Origin: Bdellovibrionales bacterium
GTDB lineage: Bacteria > Bdellovibrionota > Bdellovibrionia > Bdellovibrionales > JAMPXM01
Length of the DNA: 10,333 nt
Direction of reading: 5' to 3'
Assembly (NCBI GenBank): GCA_043758635.1
Contig: JAYVND010000642.1
Coordinates: 1 to 10,333 of the forward strand
Numbering within the stretch: position 1 is the first letter of the stretch; each line of letters begins with the position of its first letter. Made by a program: the position numbers and the translations under genes. Below the pieces are notes generated by a model. The model saw nothing but the letters and a program-made list of their open reading frames with translations. It searched no databases and was not told the DNA's origin. Below, in pieces: positions 6,467-10,333 of this stretch.

Positions 6467-7144
6467 TTAAAGCGAATACTTTAAGCCGACTGTAGTCGAA
6501 ACTCCGGAGAAAATGTAAGGACTTCCCTGCATTAAGTTTGCCTGCACTTGATCGCCGGTGATCGGAACACCAGCTTCGATATAAAATGCCATTGTACTTT
6601 CACGAATTCGAGAATTGAACAATCCTTGTGCCAATTCACTGAATAGAAATTCTCCACCCAGACCGATGTAACCTGCCGCCGCCGCTTTCGATGTCGCGAC
6701 GCTACCAGTGAGCAAGGCTCCAAGCTTGAGCACGGAATAAGGTCGCACCAAACCACGCGTGTAAGGGTTCGCAAATTTTGCGCTAAGCGCAAAATATTCA
6801 GCTCCTCGCATCACCGAAGAATTTGAAGTGTCGCTGAGCATGTGGCCTTCGAAATCAACCGTTTGAATTGCAAAGCCCAGCTGCGGAATCCAAGGGGACC
6901 CAAAATGAGGCGCGTTTCCTTGAATCACAACTCCAGAACGTGGACCATTTTGTACAAAGCCGACATCAAAGCTCCACGACGCGAACGGTTGGTCAATATC
7001 CGGCGATTGCGTACGGGAGACAATGACGTCGGGTTGTGCTTCAGTCGCCGCATTCGACGTCCTGCTTAGGGTCTGAGAGAATACTACGAGTGCAATGAGA
7101 GCGGATACGGACAGTGGTTTATAATAGCGCATTTGACCGAACAT
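6467..7144 (-). CDS. Probable outer-membrane beta-barrel protein with a signal peptide
   Basis: ATG at 7144 is preceded by AAGGAG (5-nt spacer). The N-terminal signal peptide MFGQMRYYKPLSVSALIALVVFSQTLSRTSNAA has an AxA-like cleavage site. The mature part shows alternating hydrophobic dyad patterns with Gly/aromatic girdle residues, and the C-terminal strand YIFSGVSTTVGLKYSL is consistent with a small OM barrel. The specific family was not recognised. Confidence 0.6.
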   Translation of the reverse strand: MFGQMRYYKPLSVSALIALVVFSQTLSRTSNAATEAQPDVIVSRTQSPDIDQPFASWSFDVGFVQNGPRSGVVIQGNAPHFGSPWIPQLGFAIQTVDFEGHMLSDTSNSSVMRGAEYFALSAKFANPYTRGLVRPYSVLKLGALLTGSVATSKAAAAGYIGLGGEFLFSELAQGLFNSRIRESTMAFYIEAGVPITGDQVQANLMQGSPYIFSGVSTTVGLKYSL

Positions 7145-7386
7145 CTAGACTCCTTGGTGAGTGAACGTGCGAAATATCATAAGCAAGAAACATCATGCGT
7201 ATCATTGCTTCAGATGCGTGCATACAACGTAAGGTCGAGGTCGTACTGATTTCGTTTGAAAATTCCTGAAGCCCCTTTAACATTCGAGTGACCGACTTGA
7301 GCTTTGTTTCCAACCGGTTGCGTCTGCGCACCGAAAGTTGTGCAGCATCTTAAATGTCGCGAGCCCGACTTTCGAAAAAGGACAAA

Positions 7387-7935
7387 ATGGAAGAGATCGA
7401 AGTGCCACTCGAGCAAATTCAAGAAAACATCAACGAAGCGGCGCACGAACATGGTCATAAGGGCGGTGGACCTGGTGGTGGGCGATCTTTTATGGCTCGC
7501 GCCGCAATTCTCTCCGCTGTGCTTGCAGTTTTGGCAGCAATTTCCGCATTGTTCGCTGGCGGCTACGCGAACGAAGCAATGGTCGAACAAATTCAAAGCT
7601 CCGATAAGTGGGCATATTATCAAGCAAAAGGGATCAAAAAAGCCATTGCCGAATTGAAGCAAGCGACAGTCGAAAAAGACGATTCGGCTAAAGTAGAGAA
7701 GTACAAAGAAGAGCAGGAGAAAATCAAAGAGCAAGCCGAAGAGAAAGAGCGCGAGTCTGAGATGCACTTGCGCAAACATGAGAGTTTAGCGGCTTGTGTG
7801 ACGTTCTTTCAGGTCGCAATTGCGATGGTGGCGATTGCGCTTTTATCAGGTCGCAAAGCATTTTTGTTTGGGTCACTCGGGCTTGGAGTCTTAGGAATTG
7901 CGTTCATGGTCAAAGCATTTTTGTTCGTCGTTTAA
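7387..7935 (+). CDS. Probable DUF4337-family membrane protein: two TM segments flanking a charged coiled coil, with a His/Gly-rich N-terminus
   Basis: An in-frame ATG at 7354 exists but lacks a Shine-Dalgarno sequence. ATG 7387 (MEEIEVPLEQ...) is preceded by AAAGGA. From the N-terminus the product has a His/Gly-rich motif HEHGHKGGGPGGG, then TM1 (AAILSAVLAVLAAISALFAG), then the ANEAMVEQIQSSDKWAYYQAKGIK motif, which I recall as characteristic of DUF4337, then a Lys/Glu-rich coiled coil, and finally TM2. The terminator immediately follows. Confidence 0.65.
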   Translation: MEEIEVPLEQIQENINEAAHEHGHKGGGPGGGRSFMARAAILSAVLAVLAAISALFAGGYANEAMVEQIQSSDKWAYYQAKGIKKAIAELKQATVEKDDSAKVEKYKEEQEKIKEQAEEKERESEMHLRKHESLAACVTFFQVAIAMVAIALLSGRKAFLFGSLGLGVLGIAFMVKAFLFVV

Positions 7936-7942
7936 AATAAAT

Positions 7943-7970
7943 AAAGGGAGCCGATGGCTCCCTTTATTTA
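7943..7970. terminator. Rho-independent terminator, potentially bidirectional
   Basis: Stem aaagggagcc (7943-7952) pairs with ggctcccttt (7956-7965), and atttat follows. An A-rich run (aaaataaataaa) lies upstream. The hairpin sits 8 nt after the stop of the 7387-7935 gene. Confidence 0.8.
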
Positions 7971-8083
7971 TGGTTGTCGATACTTGGCTCGGTCTTTAAA
8001 TTGGAAATAGAAATTAAATTCAAATCTTAAATTTTTAGAGGGAGTCAGGGATCTGAAACTAAATGGCGGCAATCGCCAGCTAG

Positions 8084-8347
8084 TTACTTGCCCATTGAAT
8101 CGTGTGACTCAGTTGACGTTTCAGTCGAACCGTCCGTGTGCTTTTTCACTTTTTTCACTTTTTTAACTTTGTGAGTGTTGCCAGCAGCATCTTTCGATTT
8201 TGCTTCAGCTTTAGTCTCAGTCGTTTCTGTGCCTGTGATTGGATTTGTCGAAGTTTCAGTTTTTGCTGCTCCGCCGGCTTCAGTGTCTGCTGCCATAGCG
8301 ATCGAACCAACCATCAATGCTGCCAATGCCAATGCTGCTACTTTCAT
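8084..8347 (-). CDS. Small secreted low-complexity protein (87 aa) with a (VKK)x3 repeat
   Basis: ATG at 8347 is preceded by GAGGAG with a 6-nt spacer. The N-terminal signal peptide MKVAALALAALMVGSIAMA|AD is followed by a mature region rich in Thr, Glu, Lys and Ala, with no Cys and no hydrophobic core. It contains KVKKVKKVKK, encoded by three tandem 9-nt units (8141-8167). Confidence 0.7.
   Translation of the reverse strand: MKVAALALAALMVGSIAMAADTEAGGAAKTETSTNPITGTETTETKAEAKSKDAAGNTHKVKKVKKVKKHTDGSTETSTESHDSMGK
8141..8167. repeat. Three tandem 9-nt units (cttttttcac-like) encoding VKK x3 on the minus strand
   Basis: ctttttcac (8141-8149), ttttttcac (8150-8158) and ttttttaac (8159-8167) are read directly. 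They make a homopolymer-rich, slippage-prone tract inside the CDS. Confidence 0.85.
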
Positions 8348-8644
8348 AACGTTCTCCTCTGTGAAGTCCGACGACTTCTAAATATAAGCGAAATCCTAGA
8401 ATTGTTTTTGCGGCGGCCGCATGCGCGACTCTGACTCAAAATAATTCTCGGGCTTCAAAATCAAATCTCCGAGGACCACATCGGGACCCCATTGAAGCGT
8501 TGATAGATTAGAAACACTCAGGACCCCTGTGGTCAATATGCCCAGGGTGCATAGGCGTCAATTACTAGCCATCAAATAATACAAACTACTGTAATTACTG
8601 GATATTTAAGGTTGTGAACAATACTTGTGGTTTTCGCAACAACG

Positions 8645-9898
8645 CTAGGCCTGTGTCCCATCCTCTAAGATTTCGACATTTCGGAGTTCGGGCACGGCGA
8701 ATGCTGTCATTGAAACAACGATCACGGTCATAATTCCTCCGAACACGACGGATGTTACAAGTCCCATTGCACGCGCGGCGAGGCCGGACTCAAATGCACC
8801 GATCTCATTGCTCGACGTAATGAAGACGGAGCTTAAAGCCGAAATGCGTCCTCGCATTTGATCTGGCGTGAGAAGTTGTAAAAGCGTCGAACGAATCACC
8901 ATGCTCACGCCGTCAAAGACGCCGCTGATTGCCAAAAAAAGTAGAGCTAAATAAAAATTGCTTGATAGCGCAAATCCGAGCGTGGCCAGACCAAATCCCC
9001 CAACCACCCAGAGTAGAGTTCGTCCACGAATCACTTTAAATGGGCGAATCGCCAAAACGACTGCGACGATCACAGATCCAATTGATGGTGCTGCGCGAAG
9101 ATAACCAAGCCCATGTGCACCGGTATGGAACACCTGATCGGCAAAAATCGGGAGCACGGCAACTGCGCCGCCGAAAAGAACGGAGAACATGTCGAGTGTC
9201 ATGGTCGAGAGCAAAACCTTATGATGAAGCGCAAATTTAACGCCGGAGACAATACTTTGAGCGAACGGTTCTCGTTGGAACTCATTGCGCGCATTTTTTC
9301 CGTCGGGCGAGAGTAGTTGAATGGAAAGAAATGAAAGCATCATTGCGAAAGGCGGTATCGCAAACGCAACCGTCGACCCGAATGCGGAATAAATCAATCC
9401 TCCAATAGGTGGGCCAAAGATCGATGCAAACTGATAAGCCGAACTTGTCCAAGCGGTGGCGGCACCAATCATCTTTCTCGGAATCACCTTAGGTAGCAGC
9501 GAAAAGACAGATGGAGACATGAAGCTTCGCGAAGCACCAGAGATAAAAATCCCCACGTAAAGAAGGACCAAGCGGTGTATGTCATCGATGGGCGTCGTCG
9601 GCAGAACCGCAAAGAAGATCATGATCGTATTGGCGAGCGTCACTAGAATGCTGATGCGGTAAACCACGCTCGGTCGATGCGTGTCCACAATGTGGCCCGA
9701 GAAAAAAGAGCATGTGATCGCAGGGATCGCTTCAACTAGACCCATTAAACCTAAAAAAAGTGGGTCTGGTTTGAGTTTGTAGATCTGCCAGCCAACGATA
9801 ACGGCCTGAACCGTCAGTGCAATCGAAACAAAAAATCGGGTCAAGAAGATCGATCGAAAATCGCGAATTTTAAGAACCGGCGAATCAAGCGCAGGCAT
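8645..9898 (-). CDS. MFS transporter, EntS-like / MFS_3 (transmembrane secretion effector) family
   Basis: The 417-aa product has about 12 TM segments. Its N-terminus (LKIRDFRSIFLTRFFVSIALTVQAVIVGWQIY) resembles the E. coli EntS N-terminus ([32 protein letters not shown]). The start codon is ATG at 9898. Confidence 0.85.
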   Translation of the reverse strand: MPALDSPVLKIRDFRSIFLTRFFVSIALTVQAVIVGWQIYKLKPDPLFLGLMGLVEAIPAITCSFFSGHIVDTHRPSVVYRISILVTLANTIMIFFAVLPTTPIDDIHRLVLLYVGIFISGASRSFMSPSVFSLLPKVIPRKMIGAATAWTSSAYQFASIFGPPIGGLIYSAFGSTVAFAIPPFAMMLSFLSIQLLSPDGKNARNEFQREPFAQSIVSGVKFALHHKVLLSTMTLDMFSVLFGGAVAVLPIFADQVFHTGAHGLGYLRAAPSIGSVIVAVVLAIRPFKVIRGRTLLWVVGGFGLATLGFALSSNFYLALLFLAISGVFDGVSMVIRSTLLQLLTPDQMRGRISALSSVFITSSNEIGAFESGLAARAMGLVTSVVFGGIMTVIVVSMTAFAVPELRNVEILEDGTQA

Positions 9899-10079
9899 TT
9901 AGGTCCAAACTCTTAAAATTTTTGAATTGCGAAATGGAGAGCTCAACTGAACTTAGCAAAGACTCGAAAGAGATGAAACAAAATCTCCGGTCTGGCTCTG
10001 CGTTGCTTCCTAGAATTTTAAGGCCAGTGGGAATACACTGATGAAGTGGCAACATTCAGCTCATCGGAGCATTTGATCT

Positions 10080-10333
10080 ATGCATTACGAAGTTTTGTTT
10101 TTAGCACTTACAACATCACTCTTAAATCTGGATGATTCTCATCGAGGCCAAGCATTTTTAAGTGTCGAAACTTCGTTCGAAGGGCTGGAGTTCAGGAAGC
10201 TCAGGGTAAAGGGACACACTTCTATCGGTGCACGCGTTCGCCCTGACAGGGACCTTTCGCTTTACGATTGGATCGAGAGCCAGCGCAAGCAAGGGTTGTG
10301 TCGGGCGGGAGTGCCACTCATTGAAGCATCGGC
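10080..10333 (+). CDS. Partial ORF (5' end, 84+ codons) running off the window; hypothetical protein
   Basis: The ORF is open from ATG 10080 to the window end (MHYEVLFLALTTSLLNLDDSHRGQAF...DWIESQRKQGLCRAGVPLIEAS). It has a hydrophobic N-terminus. It has only a weak GGAG 11 nt upstream and no recognisable domain. It is not in the supplied ORF track because it is truncated by the window edge. Confidence 0.35.
   Translation, partial: MHYEVLFLALTTSLLNLDDSHRGQAFLSVETSFEGLEFRKLRVKGHTSIGARVRPDRDLSLYDWIESQRKQGLCRAGVPLIEAS

Noticed and set aside
6532-7069. ORFs 6532-6792(-) and 6842-7069(+) inside the OMP gene
   Set aside because: They are alternative frames or antisense to a CDS that has a strong Shine-Dalgarno sequence and a signal peptide. 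They have no independent support.
7119-7779. ORF 7210-7779(-) (189 aa, Phe/Leu-rich), ORF 7304-7657(+) and ORF 7119-7331(-)
   Set aside because: 7210-7779 is antisense to the DUF4337-like gene, and its FFLLL composition is the complement of that gene's Lys/Glu-rich coiled coil. 7304-7657(+) is an off-frame of the same gene. 7119-7331(-) spans the intergenic region with no Shine-Dalgarno sequence.
8073-8093. Tiny ORF ATGGCGGCAATCGCCAGCTAG (MAAIAS) after an AGAGGGAG motif downstream of the DUF4337 terminator
   Set aside because: Six codons only. The sequence is better explained as the gg-cg/cg-cc hairpin (tggcg-gcaat-cgcca) at the 3' end of the minus-strand small-protein gene.
8138-8434. ORFs 8138-8434(+) and 8175-8381(+), opposite the small secreted-protein gene
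   Set aside because: They have no Shine-Dalgarno sequence. Their translations are Cys/Phe/Ser-rich nonsense from the antisense of a Lys/Thr/Glu-rich gene. The minus-strand gene has a GAGGAG Shine-Dalgarno sequence and a signal peptide.
9040-9316. ORFs 9040-9240(+) and 9113-9316(+) inside the EntS-like MFS gene
   Set aside because: They are antisense or alternative frames within a 12-TM MFS CDS. They are Arg/His-rich with no start signals.

Overview
This 10.3-kb window from a Gram-negative bacterium (GC about 50%) is densely coding, and nearly every product is an envelope or membrane protein. I found no tRNA or rRNA genes, mobile elements, CRISPR arrays, toxin or nuclease genes, or any recognisable multi-gene defence or biosynthetic system; I note this because the task suggested one might be present. 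The genes, in order, are:
- a secreted protein (200-865, +) with a signal peptide, five near-identical 24-nt units encoding GGPGDFGR, and two DUF4214-like modules;
- a bidirectional rho-independent terminator (1007-1037);
- a minus-strand two-gene operon of a DHA1-type MFS efflux transporter (1589-2968) translationally coupled (ATGA overlap) to a YetF/DUF421-family membrane protein (1080-1592);
- a divergently transcribed class I SAM-dependent methyltransferase (3081-4007, +), whose start is ambiguous;
- a long leader (4008-4278) before a 704-aa flotillin/YqiK-like SPFH protein (4279-6393, +) that has no adjacent NfeD partner gene;
- a convergent probable outer-membrane beta-barrel protein (6467-7144, -);
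- a probable DUF4337-family two-TM protein with a His/Gly-rich N-terminus (7387-7935, +), followed by a terminator;
- an 87-aa secreted low-complexity protein with a (VKK)x3 repeat (8084-8347, -);
- a 300-bp ORF-free region;
- an EntS/MFS_3-like transporter (8645-9898, -);
- a partial ORF running off the window end (10080-10333, +).
The features most worth a second look are the small ones:
- short tandem repeats inside three coding regions, which could vary in copy number;
- a perfect 10-2-10 palindrome at 6414-6435 that does not fit a terminator for either strand;
- the orphan flotillin gene behind its long leader;
- two short repeat-bearing secreted proteins of unknown function.
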